DNA from: Thiobacillaceae bacterium
GTDB taxonomy: Bacteria > Pseudomonadota > Gammaproteobacteria > Burkholderiales > Thiobacillaceae
DNA: 64,000 nt
NCBI GenBank assembly: GCA_049578545.1
Contig: JBAUMF010000093.1
Location: forward strand, 31,117 to 95,116
Direction of reading: 5' to 3'
Shown: one piece after another, positions 1-10,355 of the stretch
How positions within the stretch are numbered: position 1 is the first letter of the stretch
Layout of the letters: the number at the start of each line of letters is the position of its first letter
Program-made: the position numbers and the translations under genes
Notes under the pieces: model-generated
Told to the model about the DNA's origin: nothing
Seen by the model: the letters and a program-made list of their open reading frames with translations, nothing else
Databases searched by the model: none

Positions 1-876
1 GCCAATGCGGTATTGCACGACGTCAACCTGACCTTGCAGCAAGGCCAGATTTACGGCTTGCTTGGCCCGAACGGGGCGGGGAAGAGTACTACCCTTTCCG
101 TCATGACCGGTCTGCGGGCGCCTGCAGCTGGATCCGTTCGGGTGCTGGGCCTCGACCCCGCCAGCGAAGCGTTGCAGCTGCACCGCCGGATTGGTGTGCT
201 CGCTGAACAGGCCGGATTTTATGACTGGATGAGCGCCGGTGATTATCTGCGCTGGGTTGCCAGCCTTTATCAGATTAGTCTGGACCGATCCAAAGTCGCC
301 CGCCTGCTGGGCCAGGTTGGCCTGGAAGGAAAAAGTCAAGCCCCGATCAGCAGCTATTCCCGCGGCATGCGGCAGCGACTCGGCCTGGCCCGTGCGCTTA
401 TCAACCAGCCCGAACTGCTGATCCTGGATGAGCCCACCAATGGGCTGGATCCGCGCGGACGCCGGGAAATCCACGATGTACTGCTGGACTTGAGCACAAA
501 TCATGGCGTCGGCATTCTCCTGTGTACGCACCTGCTCGATGATGTGGATCGACTCTGCACCCGAATCGGCATCCTTGCGCAAGGCACTACGGTGCTGCAA
601 GGCTCCCTCGCCGAGCTGCTTGCCAACCCACGGGCCGCAGTGCGCTATCGACTGCGCGTCGAGCCCGGCGAGACAACGGAGCAACTGCCTGCCGACATCA
701 CCTTGCTGGCCCGCTCCGGCGACTGGTGGCATGTTGAGATCGCAACTCATATCGAACCGTCCAGCGCATGGCGCAAGCTGCTGGACGCCGGCCTGCGCAT
801 CGCTGAAATTCAGCGCGAGGGCGGGGGGCTGGAGGAACTGTATCTGGCGGTAACCGAAGCGAAGGAGGCAGCCTGA
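1..876 (+). CDS. ABC transporter ATP-binding protein (5' end cut by window edge)
   Basis: Walker A GPNGAGKST, signature-like SRGMRQRLGLA and Walker B LLILDEPTNGLD. The frame is open back to base 1. The stop TGA (874-876) overlaps the next ATG (876). Confidence 0.9.
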   Translation, partial: ANAVLHDVNLTLQQGQIYGLLGPNGAGKSTTLSVMTGLRAPAAGSVRVLGLDPASEALQLHRRIGVLAEQAGFYDWMSAGDYLRWVASLYQISLDRSKVARLLGQVGLEGKSQAPISSYSRGMRQRLGLARALINQPELLILDEPTNGLDPRGRREIHDVLLDLSTNHGVGILLCTHLLDDVDRLCTRIGILAQGTTVLQGSLAELLANPRAAVRYRLRVEPGETTEQLPADITLLARSGDWWHVEIATHIEPSSAWRKLLDAGLRIAEIQREGGGLEELYLAVTEAKEAA

Positions 877-1628
877 TGAACCCCATCAACCTGATCGCCC
901 GCAAGGAAGGTGGGGAACTCCTCATGAGCGGACGCGGCCTGGCCTGGCTGCTTGCGCTCTCAGTCATCATGTCGGTGCTGAGCCTGCTGCTGGTCAGCAA
1001 CACCGAACTCAGCCTGCTGGACAATGCCCAGGTAGTCTACATGGTAATGGGTACCGTCACTGCCTTGGGCGCGCTGCTCGCGGTCGTGCTGGGCAGCGAT
1101 ACCGTAGCCGGTGAGCGGGAGCGTGGCAGTCTGATGCCGCTGCTGCTCGCGCCGGTCACCCCTTCCCAGATCGTATTCGGCAAGATGGGCGGCCAGGTGG
1201 CAGGGTGGGTCGTCATGTACCTGCTTAGTCTGCCCTATGTCTGGGCGGTCGGATCGAGCGGCCAGAACCTCACCCAGGCCGTGGCCTATCTGGCGTTGTT
1301 CGGCACGCCGGTGGTGCTGGGCTTCGGCTTTCTCGGCATTGCGCTGTCGGCACGTCTGCGCAGCGTGCGCTCCGCCCTGCTGACCTCGCTCATCCTCCTC
1401 ATGCTGCTGACCAGCCCGCTGCTGCTGGGGCCAAGCCTGCGCCAGAGCAGCATCGGCAAGTTGTTCGACGCGGTGAATCCGTTCTCCGCCGCCGTCAACA
1501 CCTTTGACAGCGTGGTGATCGACTCGCAGCCGCTTTCTATGCAGGTCACCCGTCTTGCCATCACGCTGGCGTGGCTCGTGATGATGACGGTGTTCGCCAT
1601 CCGCAGCGTGCGCAAGATGGAAATATGA
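876..1628 (+). CDS. ABC-2 type transporter permease
   Basis: 250-aa polytopic hydrophobic protein, translationally coupled to the upstream ATPase. Its topology resembles NosY/ABC-2 permeases. Confidence 0.75.
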   Translation: MNPINLIARKEGGELLMSGRGLAWLLALSVIMSVLSLLLVSNTELSLLDNAQVVYMVMGTVTALGALLAVVLGSDTVAGERERGSLMPLLLAPVTPSQIVFGKMGGQVAGWVVMYLLSLPYVWAVGSSGQNLTQAVAYLALFGTPVVLGFGFLGIALSARLRSVRSALLTSLILLMLLTSPLLLGPSLRQSSIGKLFDAVNPFSAAVNTFDSVVIDSQPLSMQVTRLAITLAWLVMMTVFAIRSVRKMEI

Positions 1629-1641
1629 AGGGGATCCAATC

Positions 1642-2172
1642 ATGAAGAAAATTGTTGTGCGCCTGCTGTTCGGCCTGTCGCTCCTGGGGCTGGGCAACGC
1701 CCGCGCAGCCGATTCACTGAGTATCTCCCTTGCACCGGATCGGGCCAACTCGTCTTCGCCACAAATGGGAGACTGGCTTGAATTCCACAGCGTCATCGTC
1801 AACTCCAGCCCTCAGGCCGCCCACGGTATTGTGGCGTGGATCAGCCTGGTGCAGGTTGATCCTGGACATGAGCAGCCGGTCGACCTGGAAGACTGGAGCG
1901 CACACAAGGCGGTGACGGAGGCCATGCTGCAGCCTGGTCAACAGGTAACGGTCGACTGGCCCATGCGGCTCATTCAGGCTGGCGCATACCGGGTGGTAAT
2001 CAGCGCAGTGGATCGCGAAACAGGTCATGTGATGACCAGCCCATTCGTTGATTTCCAGGTGCGGCGCAAGCCCGTGGTGGAATCAGGACGCATCTTGCCG
2101 GTGGCCTTCGGCGTTCCCGCCCTCGTGCTTGGCATGATGCTCTGGCGCGGCTACCGCCACCGCGTCAGCTGA
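1642..2172 (+). CDS. Secreted, C-terminally membrane-anchored hypothetical protein (third gene of the ABC-2 operon)
   Basis: Signal peptide MKKIVVRLLFGLSLLGLGNARA and a C-terminal TM segment (ILPVAFGVPALVLGMMLW). It starts 14 bp after the permease stop. No family recognised. Confidence 0.55.
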   Translation: MKKIVVRLLFGLSLLGLGNARAADSLSISLAPDRANSSSPQMGDWLEFHSVIVNSSPQAAHGIVAWISLVQVDPGHEQPVDLEDWSAHKAVTEAMLQPGQQVTVDWPMRLIQAGAYRVVISAVDRETGHVMTSPFVDFQVRRKPVVESGRILPVAFGVPALVLGMMLWRGYRHRVS

Positions 2173-2324
2173 CGCGGGTCATTGTGGATTTGGGTATTTG
2201 CCGAGAAAACGTTCTGTTCCAGAACAATCCAAAGCCTGCCGCCATTGGGTGTTCGCCGCGGCGGGGAATATACTGAATCCACGCGTTGCGCGGAAAACGT
2301 TGGACAAAATAAGGGGGAACACGC

Positions 2325-2771
2325 ATGTATCGACATATTCTCGTTGCCACTGACGGCAGCCATACTTCAGCCATCGCCTTGCAGGAAGGGCTCAAGCTCG
2401 CGCGTGAACTGCGCGGGCAGTTGCTTATCCTGCATGTAGTCGAGACAGTGAACCTCAATCTGGATAGCGAGTTTATTGACCCGAGCGACAACTGGGATGC
2501 CGTGCGCAAAAGCGGTGAGGCCGTTCTCGCCAGGGCAGAGGCCGCTGCCCGCGAAGCCGGCATCAATGCCAGATCCAAGCTGGTCGAAATTGACACCATG
2601 GACCGCCGCATCCCCGAAGTAATCGCAGATGAAGCGAAAGCATGGCCCGCTGATGTGATTGTCATCGGTACCCATGGCCGTCGCGGAATCAGTCATCTCT
2701 TCCTGGGCAGCGTCGCCGAGGGCGTGGTCCGGGTAGCAACCAAACCGGTGTTGCTGATCAGGGGAAAGTGA
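2325..2771 (+). CDS. Universal stress protein (UspA family)
   Basis: 148 aa. N-terminus MYRHILVATDGS and ATP-binding motif GTHGRRGISHLFLGSVAEGVVR. Confidence 0.85.
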   Translation: MYRHILVATDGSHTSAIALQEGLKLARELRGQLLILHVVETVNLNLDSEFIDPSDNWDAVRKSGEAVLARAEAAAREAGINARSKLVEIDTMDRRIPEVIADEAKAWPADVIVIGTHGRRGISHLFLGSVAEGVVRVATKPVLLIRGK

Positions 2772-2945
2772 GTTCGCCTGCATGACCAGCTGCAGTGCCG
2801 AGTCCGGCTATGTGCTCAACCGCTTGAGTGCAGCCGAGCGTCGCGGTGCACGCTTTATGGACCCAAGGAAGCTGGGGAAGAAAAGCCTCATCCGGCAGCG
2901 GCCTTTTTGCACGGGGTCTGGTCGCCGCTGCCATGGATACTGGAA

Positions 2946-3203
2946 ATGACCATCCGTCTTCAGCTTGTTCCTGACAAGCGGGACGAGTCGGCCGCGCTCG
3001 CACTTCTGCTCGTTGCTGGGTTTCCTTCACGGAGGCCGTGCGAACAAGGCGATGGACCTGGTTTACCTGGTCATGCTGGACTCCCTCAAGATACCCATTT
3101 CTATCTGCATCGGATTGACATGAAAGCTTCGGACGACGATCGCTTTCAGGAGGTGACAGCCGGCGCACCAAACGCAGGCCGGATGGCTTCACACCCGCCA
3201 TGA
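2946..3203 (+). pseudogene. Possible decayed or truncated response-regulator receiver remnant
   Basis: Translation is MTIRLQLVPDKRDESAALALLLVAGF...GLPGHAGL...IDMKASDDDRFQEVTAGA. This loosely follows the receiver pattern (M-IR-L-LV-D, LPG-x-x-GL, LTARD-x-DR-x-GL-AGA) but is only 85 codons. Its stop overlaps the kinase ATG (ATGA at 3200-3203). Low confidence. Confidence 0.25.
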
Positions 3204-4513
3204 AGAACTCCCTGCAACAGCGTCTTTCCATATGGTTGAGCATCGCCATCGTCGCCACCGGCTTCCTGGCTGCCGGTGTTTCGTTCTGGTTCGCCTACGA
3301 TGAAGCGCAGGAGTTTCAGGACAACTCCCTGCGGCAGATCGCCACATTGGTGGATGCTGATCGATTGCCTTCCGACGGGCAACGGTCCTCGGGAGCGGCA
3401 GACAGCGATCCTGAGGCGCGCATCATCGTTGAGCGGCTGGCGACGTCTCCCGCAATTCATCCGCAACGGCTTGCGCTTCCAGCACATCTGACGACAGGGT
3501 TCCACACACTGGATGTCGCTGGTAACCGCTGGCGCCTCTATGTGCGTGCGTTGAAATCCGGCGAACGCATTGCTGTCGCGCAGGAGATTCAGGTCCGTGC
3601 CGAGGCCGCCCGGGACAGTGCCTTGCGAACCTTGTTGCCGTTGCTCGCGTTGATACCGCTTCTGGTGTTTCTTTCCCGACGGCTGGTCAGCGCCAGCCTG
3701 GCGCCGATTCGCGCCCTCGCTCAGGTGACCGATGCCCAGCAGGAAGATCGTCCGTCTGCACTACCCACTGCGCAGGTGCCTGAAGAGGTTGCTCCCTTCG
3801 TACATTCAATCAATCGACTGCTTGAACGGATTACCCGCCTGATGGGACAGCAGCGACGCTTCATCGCCGATGCGGCCCATGAACTCAGGAGTCCGCTCAC
3901 TGCGTTATCGTTGCAAGCGCAGAATCTGCGACAGGCGGATTCAACCGAAGCCATGCGCGAACGCGTGGTTCCGTTGATGGCGGGCATCGAACGGGCCCGG
4001 CACCTGACCGAACAACTGCTGAGCCTTGCCAGAACCCAGGCCGCAACCGCAAGCCAATCGAATATAGACGTCTCGGCAATGGTCCGTGAGTTGATTGCGG
4101 ATTACCTGCCCATGGCCGAGGCCAAGAAGATCGATCTCGGACTTGAGGAAATGGCGCCGCTTTCCATTCTTGCTAACCCCGAAGTACTGCGATTGATCGT
4201 CAGGAATGCGCTGGAGAATGCATTGAAGTACACGCCGGTTGGCGGTGAAGTGACGCTTCGGCTTCGGACCATGGACGATGACGCCGTCATCGAAGTCATC
4301 GACAACGGCCCCGGAATACCCGTTGCCGAACGCGAACGAGTATTCGATTCGTTCTACCGCTTGCCGGAAACAACCGGTGAGGGCAGTGGCCTCGGTTTGG
4401 CAATTGCACGGGAGGCGGCAATTCGCCTGGGCGGAAGGGTGAGCCTGCATGAGCGGCAGGCGGGCCCCGGCCTCATCTTCCGCTATCAGCATGGAAGGCC
4501 GACCATTGATTAG
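3200..4513 (+). CDS. Two-component sensor histidine kinase (QseC/PhoQ-like architecture)
   Basis: Two TM segments, H-box AAHELRSPLT, N-box RNALENALKYTP, G1 VIDNGPGI and G2 GSGLGLAI. Confidence 0.9.
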   Translation: MKNSLQQRLSIWLSIAIVATGFLAAGVSFWFAYDEAQEFQDNSLRQIATLVDADRLPSDGQRSSGAADSDPEARIIVERLATSPAIHPQRLALPAHLTTGFHTLDVAGNRWRLYVRALKSGERIAVAQEIQVRAEAARDSALRTLLPLLALIPLLVFLSRRLVSASLAPIRALAQVTDAQQEDRPSALPTAQVPEEVAPFVHSINRLLERITRLMGQQRRFIADAAHELRSPLTALSLQAQNLRQADSTEAMRERVVPLMAGIERARHLTEQLLSLARTQAATASQSNIDVSAMVRELIADYLPMAEAKKIDLGLEEMAPLSILANPEVLRLIVRNALENALKYTPVGGEVTLRLRTMDDDAVIEVIDNGPGIPVAERERVFDSFYRLPETTGEGSGLGLAIAREAAIRLGGRVSLHERQAGPGLIFRYQHGRPTID

Positions 4514-4621
4514 CATGATTCTTACATTCCATGCTTACCTCGCCGTTTCCATCGTCACACGGTTTGCAGGGGAGGGCATCCCAATCGCTTTCGGATTGAA
4601 CGCCCGGCCGGGGCCCCCTGA

Positions 4622-6766
4622 TTGGCTGCGTGTCGTTGCAATGGCCAGGACGTCTGCCACGTTGTGCAAGCAACTGGCTTTTCTTCCCGGGCTCGCAGGC
4701 GGGCAGTAGTGGACATCGCCCACTTCAGCGCTTTAATCGACTGGATTGCCCAACACCCTCACTGGGCATATGCAACGATTTTTCTCGCCGCGTTAGGCGA
4801 GTCTCTCGTTGTCGTGGGACTGTTCGTCCCTGGCGCGATCGTCATGTTTGGCGTAGGTGCTCTGGTAGCGGTTGGGTCCCTGAACCTGTGGCCCAGTTTG
4901 CTATGGGCTACCGCAGGTGCGATCGCCGGCGACGCAAGCAGCTACTGGCTGGGCCGTTATTACCGTGACGAACTGCACAATTTCTGGCCCTTCAGCCGCC
5001 ACCCGGGACTGCTGGTAAGGGGGACGACATTTTTTCATCGGCACGGAGGCAAGAGCATCTTCCTGGGGCGCTTCGTCGGACCCATGCGTCCAGTCATTCC
5101 GGCAGTGGCCGGCATGCTTGGCATGCCCCCGGCGCACTTCTACGCAGCTAACATCCTGTCTGCACTTGTCTGGGCACCGGCCCATATCTTGCCAGGTGTC
5201 GTCTTCGGTGCCTCACTGGAACTGGCAGGAGCGGTGGCAATGCGTCTCGCTCTGACCCTTGTGCTGCTGTTGGTCCTGGTCTGGAGCGGCATCTGGATTG
5301 TCAGCCGCGGCGTGATCTGGCTGCAATCGCATGCCGGCGAGGGCCTGCTTAGACTTCAGGCCTGGACAGGCAGTGCGCGGCCAGCGAGAACCTGGTCATT
5401 GCGAGGGATGGTCAGAACACTGCTCGATCCTGCGCTTCCGGAATCCCGTGCACTGCTGGTATTCGCGGCGATACTGATTGCTGCCGCCTGGATGTTTTTC
5501 GGAGTCATCGAAGACGTGCTTAAAGGCGACCCGCTGGTGGTGGTGGACAAGACGGTCTATCACTTGCTGCAGGGGTTGCGCACGCCCTTTGCCGACAGCG
5601 TAATGATTACCCTCACCCAACTTGGCGATGCCGCCGTGACGCTGCCCGTCGTCGCGGCAGTGCTGCTGTGGCTGGCATGGAAACGCGCCTGGCGGCCGGC
5701 AGCCTACTGGCTCGCTGCCGCAAGTTTTGGCGCTGCGCTTACCGTCATTCTTAAAGCGGGATTCGGCCTGCCGCGGCCGCTGCCCATGTACGAGGGCAGT
5801 AACGCGTTCGGCTTCCCCAGCGGCCACGCCGCCATGAGCATCGTCGTTTTTGGCTTTCTTGCAGTGCTTGCTGCGCGCGAATTGTCCTTGCGCGCCCAAC
5901 TCATTGTGTACAGCGTGATGGCCTTGCTTGCGGGTCTCATCGCATTCTCGCGCATCTATCTGGGTGCGCACTGGCTTTCTGACGTGCTGGGCGGCTTGAG
6001 TTTCGGCGTCGGGTGGGTGGCGCTGCTGAGCATTGCCTATCTGCGGCGTCCTGCTCCTTCGCTGTCAGCACGTGGTCTGCTGGGTGTGGCGGCGATTACA
6101 CTCATCGTTGGCGCAGTTGTTCATGCTGCATACCAGCGCAACGCTGATACGGCACGCTACGCAATTCAGTATCGACCCACTCTGCTGGCCCAGCAGGCTT
6201 GGTGGAACCAGGACTGGAAAACCCTTCCCGCCTGGCGTATCGACATCGAAGGCGAGCACGAGGAACCGCTTGCCGTTCAGTGGGCAGGATCGCTCGACTA
6301 CCTTCGCACCAGATTGACGATGCAAGGCTGGCGCGAAACGGTACCGCTTGCCGGAAAGAACCTGTTGCTTTGGCTCGATACCCGGCGCCCGGCCATGCAA
6401 TTGCCCTTGCTGCCGCATGCGCACGATGGGCGCCACGAAAAGCTGGCTTTGGCCTACCCGGTGAAGGACGCGCCAGACCAGCGCCTGGTGTTGCGCCTGT
6501 GGCCAACGGATAGACTATTGCAGAGTACGCGCACACCGATATGGGTCGGAACGGTGACACAGGAACACATTCGTCGTCCGCTGGACTGGTTTAACCTGCC
6601 GCAGGACAGCCATGATTTCAATACACCGCTGCGAACCCTGCTTGAAAGTCTTCCGGTCTTGCCAATGCGGCTTGTCAGGCGCAACAGTGCAATGGGTTCG
6701 ACCAGCGATAAAATTGTCTGGGACAAGACCGTGCTGCTGATTCACGAACCGGAGTTGTTACGATGA
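4622..6766 (+). CDS. Fusion protein: DedA-family membrane domain + PAP2 lipid phosphatase + C-terminal soluble (LssY-C-like) domain
   Basis: DedA motifs ESLVVVGLFVPG and GRFVGPMRPVIPAVAG. PAP2 motifs KAGFGLPRP, PSGH and SRIYLGAHWLSD, followed by about 190 aa of extra C-terminal domain. The start is uncertain; a GTG at 4709 (VDIAHFSALIDW) is plausible. Confidence 0.85.
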   Translation: MAACRCNGQDVCHVVQATGFSSRARRRAVVDIAHFSALIDWIAQHPHWAYATIFLAALGESLVVVGLFVPGAIVMFGVGALVAVGSLNLWPSLLWATAGAIAGDASSYWLGRYYRDELHNFWPFSRHPGLLVRGTTFFHRHGGKSIFLGRFVGPMRPVIPAVAGMLGMPPAHFYAANILSALVWAPAHILPGVVFGASLELAGAVAMRLALTLVLLLVLVWSGIWIVSRGVIWLQSHAGEGLLRLQAWTGSARPARTWSLRGMVRTLLDPALPESRALLVFAAILIAAAWMFFGVIEDVLKGDPLVVVDKTVYHLLQGLRTPFADSVMITLTQLGDAAVTLPVVAAVLLWLAWKRAWRPAAYWLAAASFGAALTVILKAGFGLPRPLPMYEGSNAFGFPSGHAAMSIVVFGFLAVLAARELSLRAQLIVYSVMALLAGLIAFSRIYLGAHWLSDVLGGLSFGVGWVALLSIAYLRRPAPSLSARGLLGVAAITLIVGAVVHAAYQRNADTARYAIQYRPTLLAQQAWWNQDWKTLPAWRIDIEGEHEEPLAVQWAGSLDYLRTRLTMQGWRETVPLAGKNLLLWLDTRRPAMQLPLLPHAHDGRHEKLALAYPVKDAPDQRLVLRLWPTDRLLQSTRTPIWVGTVTQEHIRRPLDWFNLPQDSHDFNTPLRTLLESLPVLPMRLVRRNSAMGSTSDKIVWDKTVLLIHEPELLR

Positions 6767-7125
6767 AGAACGGTGGAATGAGGCTACGACTCGGCTACGC
6801 CTGGCAGGGCATTGTTGTGGCATGGCGGAAGGAACGCAGTTTCCGCACCCAGACAGGATTCGCCATCGCCTTGCCAATCGCGCTCCTGCTGCTGCGCGCA
6901 TCTCCCGTATGGTGGGCGATCTGCCTGATTGTTGCGCTTCTGGTGCTGGCTGCAGAGCTGTTCAATACCGCGCTGGAGTCGCTTATCGACCATCTCCATC
7001 CCGAGATACATCCGGCAATCAAAATCGCCAAGGACTGCGCCGCAGGAGCCGTTCTTTTGCTTAGTGCGGGCGCTGTGATCGTGGGCATCATCGTTGTGCT
7101 GGTGGCACTGGGTGTCTGGTCTTGA
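6763..7125 (+). CDS. dgkA: Diacylglycerol kinase family lipid kinase
   Basis: 120 aa with 3 TM segments and DgkA signature AELFNTALESLIDHLHPEIHPAIKIAKDCAAGAVLL. Its ATG overlaps the upstream stop (ATGA). Confidence 0.85.
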   Translation: MKNGGMRLRLGYAWQGIVVAWRKERSFRTQTGFAIALPIALLLLRASPVWWAICLIVALLVLAAELFNTALESLIDHLHPEIHPAIKIAKDCAAGAVLLLSAGAVIVGIIVVLVALGVWS

Positions 7126-7482
7126 TGCATGCCTGTTCAGCGGGTAGCCAGGTGCGGCTTCCAGGCGGGCATTTTCCACCGGAGACGTTTCATTCTTGAT
7201 TGCGGTGGCCCGATACGTCGCCCCATATGCAGGGGCAGGTCGCGACGTGGCACACAGGTCTTGCACTCAACCCAGCAGTAGCCTCGCCCAAGGACCAATT
7301 TCTGCCACCCCACCTTGAACGAAACAGTGGGGGCATATGGCTGAAGGCGATTATCCTCAGCTGGGGGACGAGGTGATGAAGCTGGAAGTTGCGCAAGAGA
7401 CGATTGAGCAATGCCTTACAGCGTGGCGATGGATGAGTTTGTCGAGCGGGGTGACTCAAGCCTGCTGCAGGAACGCAGCAGA

Positions 7483-8679
7483 TCAGTGCTTCTGGCCCGG
7501 TTGCAGGACCATGAACGCCGCCAGCGCCGCAAAGGCCAGGCATGCAGCCACAAGGAAGGCACTGGCCGGATGCAGCAGCCACAAGGCGCCGGCGATCAGC
7601 GAGGCCGGAAGGTAGATGAGGCCGGTGACAAAATTATAGAGACCGATCGCCGACGCGCGTCGCTCCATCTCGATATCTGCGATAAACGCCTTGCTTTGGG
7701 CTTCGTCGATCGCATAGAACACGCCATAGATGATGAACAGGACGATGACCTGCCATTGAGACGTTGCGAATGCGAAGCCAAGGCTCATCAGCAGATAGAT
7801 CAGGTAGCCCAGCATGATCATTCGCGCCCTGCCAAATATATCGCCGATCTTGCCTATCAGCGGTGCTGCAACCACGAACGCAATATTGAACAAGGCATAA
7901 AGCAAGACAATGTCCTTGACTGCAAAACCGACGCCTCGTGCACGCAGGAGCAGAAAGCCGAAACTGAAATAGGCCAGAGAAAAGATTCCTGCTACGACAA
8001 GGTAGCGCTTGAATTCCGGGCTAAGGGTCTTCCATGTTTCGAACATGTTCTCGCGCCGGTGATGAACACTGGGCTGATCCCTGACGAGACTCAAGACGAT
8101 GATGCTTAGCACCGCTGGAACGAAGGCGACCCAGAACAGGAGCCGATATGTCGAGGCTCCATCCCCAAGCCATGAAAGCAGCCCGTATGCCACAAGCGGG
8201 CCGAGGACGGCCCCGGACTTGTCGAGTGCCTTGTGCACGCCAAACGAGTACCCCCTTATGTCTTTCGCAGCCACTGCCGAAAGCCATGCATCGCGCGGTG
8301 GTCCGCGGAAGCCCTTGCCCAGCCTCTCGATGACACGAAAGACACCGAGGCCCGCAATCGAAGTGGAAATCAGCAGAATAGTCTTGGCCAGCGTAGAGAA
8401 ACCGTAACCCGCCAGCGCGAAGACCTTACGCTTTCCAGTTCGGTCTGATAACCAGCCAGCGATGTAATTCAACGAGGATGCGGACAGGTCGGCAAGTCCC
8501 TCGACCATGCCAAGCAAAGCGGCCGATGCCCCTGCGATCGTGGTAAAGAAAATCGCAAAAACCGAAAAAATCATCTCGGAGCTAAGGTCAGTCAGGAAGC
8601 TCACCAGTCCCAGCTTGAGCACGTCCGGATGCACGCCAAACTTCTTTTCTGCAGAATCAGGTGGCATCGGATCCTTCAT
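7483..8679 (-). CDS. MFS transporter
   Basis: 398 aa, about 12 TM, with an MFS motif-A-like GWLSDRTGKRKV. Confidence 0.85.
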   Translation of the reverse strand: MKDPMPPDSAEKKFGVHPDVLKLGLVSFLTDLSSEMIFSVFAIFFTTIAGASAALLGMVEGLADLSASSLNYIAGWLSDRTGKRKVFALAGYGFSTLAKTILLISTSIAGLGVFRVIERLGKGFRGPPRDAWLSAVAAKDIRGYSFGVHKALDKSGAVLGPLVAYGLLSWLGDGASTYRLLFWVAFVPAVLSIIVLSLVRDQPSVHHRRENMFETWKTLSPEFKRYLVVAGIFSLAYFSFGFLLLRARGVGFAVKDIVLLYALFNIAFVVAAPLIGKIGDIFGRARMIMLGYLIYLLMSLGFAFATSQWQVIVLFIIYGVFYAIDEAQSKAFIADIEMERRASAIGLYNFVTGLIYLPASLIAGALWLLHPASAFLVAACLAFAALAAFMVLQPGQKH

Positions 8680-8782
8680 TGCTTCAACCCGTGGTCCAGC
8701 TTATGGATCGCGACAGAAGCCCTGGTGAGCGATTGGAACGCAGGGCGCACAGCGCGCAGGAAGCATTGTAAAAGGCGCTGCG

Positions 8783-9979
<1,197 letters not shown>

Positions 9980-10327
9980 TTATTTGCTGAATATTTCCAA
10001 GTATTGATCCGGGGAGAATCCCAGGTGGTAGGCATCGTCTGTTTCGAGCAAGGGACGCTTGATCGCGGACGGCGTTGCCTGCAGAAATTCGAATGCGGTT
10101 TTTTCATTCGTGATCGATCCCTTCAGGTCGTCCGGCTGCTTGCGCCAGGTCGGCCCGTTCTTGTTGATGAGCGCTTGCCAGCCCAGTTGCCTGGCTGCCT
10201 TTCTCAGTACCTCCAGCGGTACGCCCTGTTTCTTGTAATCGTGGAATTCGGCTTCGATGCCGTGTTCGTTCAGCCAGGCGCGGGCTTTTTTCACCGTGTC
10301 ACAGTTGGGAATGCCGTAAATATGCAT
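9980..10327 (-). CDS. ArsC/Spx-family reductase (YffB-like)
   Basis: MHIYGIPNCDTVKKARAWL...TWRK...IKRPLL. The yffB-dapE adjacency matches E. coli. Trimmed to the internal ATG at 10327. Confidence 0.85.
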   Translation of the reverse strand: MHIYGIPNCDTVKKARAWLNEHGIEAEFHDYKKQGVPLEVLRKAARQLGWQALINKNGPTWRKQPDDLKGSITNEKTAFEFLQATPSAIKRPLLETDDAYHLGFSPDQYLEIFSK

Positions 10328-10355
10328 AAGGGAAAGCGGTAGAATATTGCGATGA

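Noticed and set aside
2758-3258. 166-aa minus-strand ORF spanning the uspA-kinase spacer.
   Set aside because: It overlaps the ends of both flanking genes in antisense, has no motifs and has an Arg/Ala/Pro-rich composition. The plus-strand receiver-like frame explains the region at least as well.
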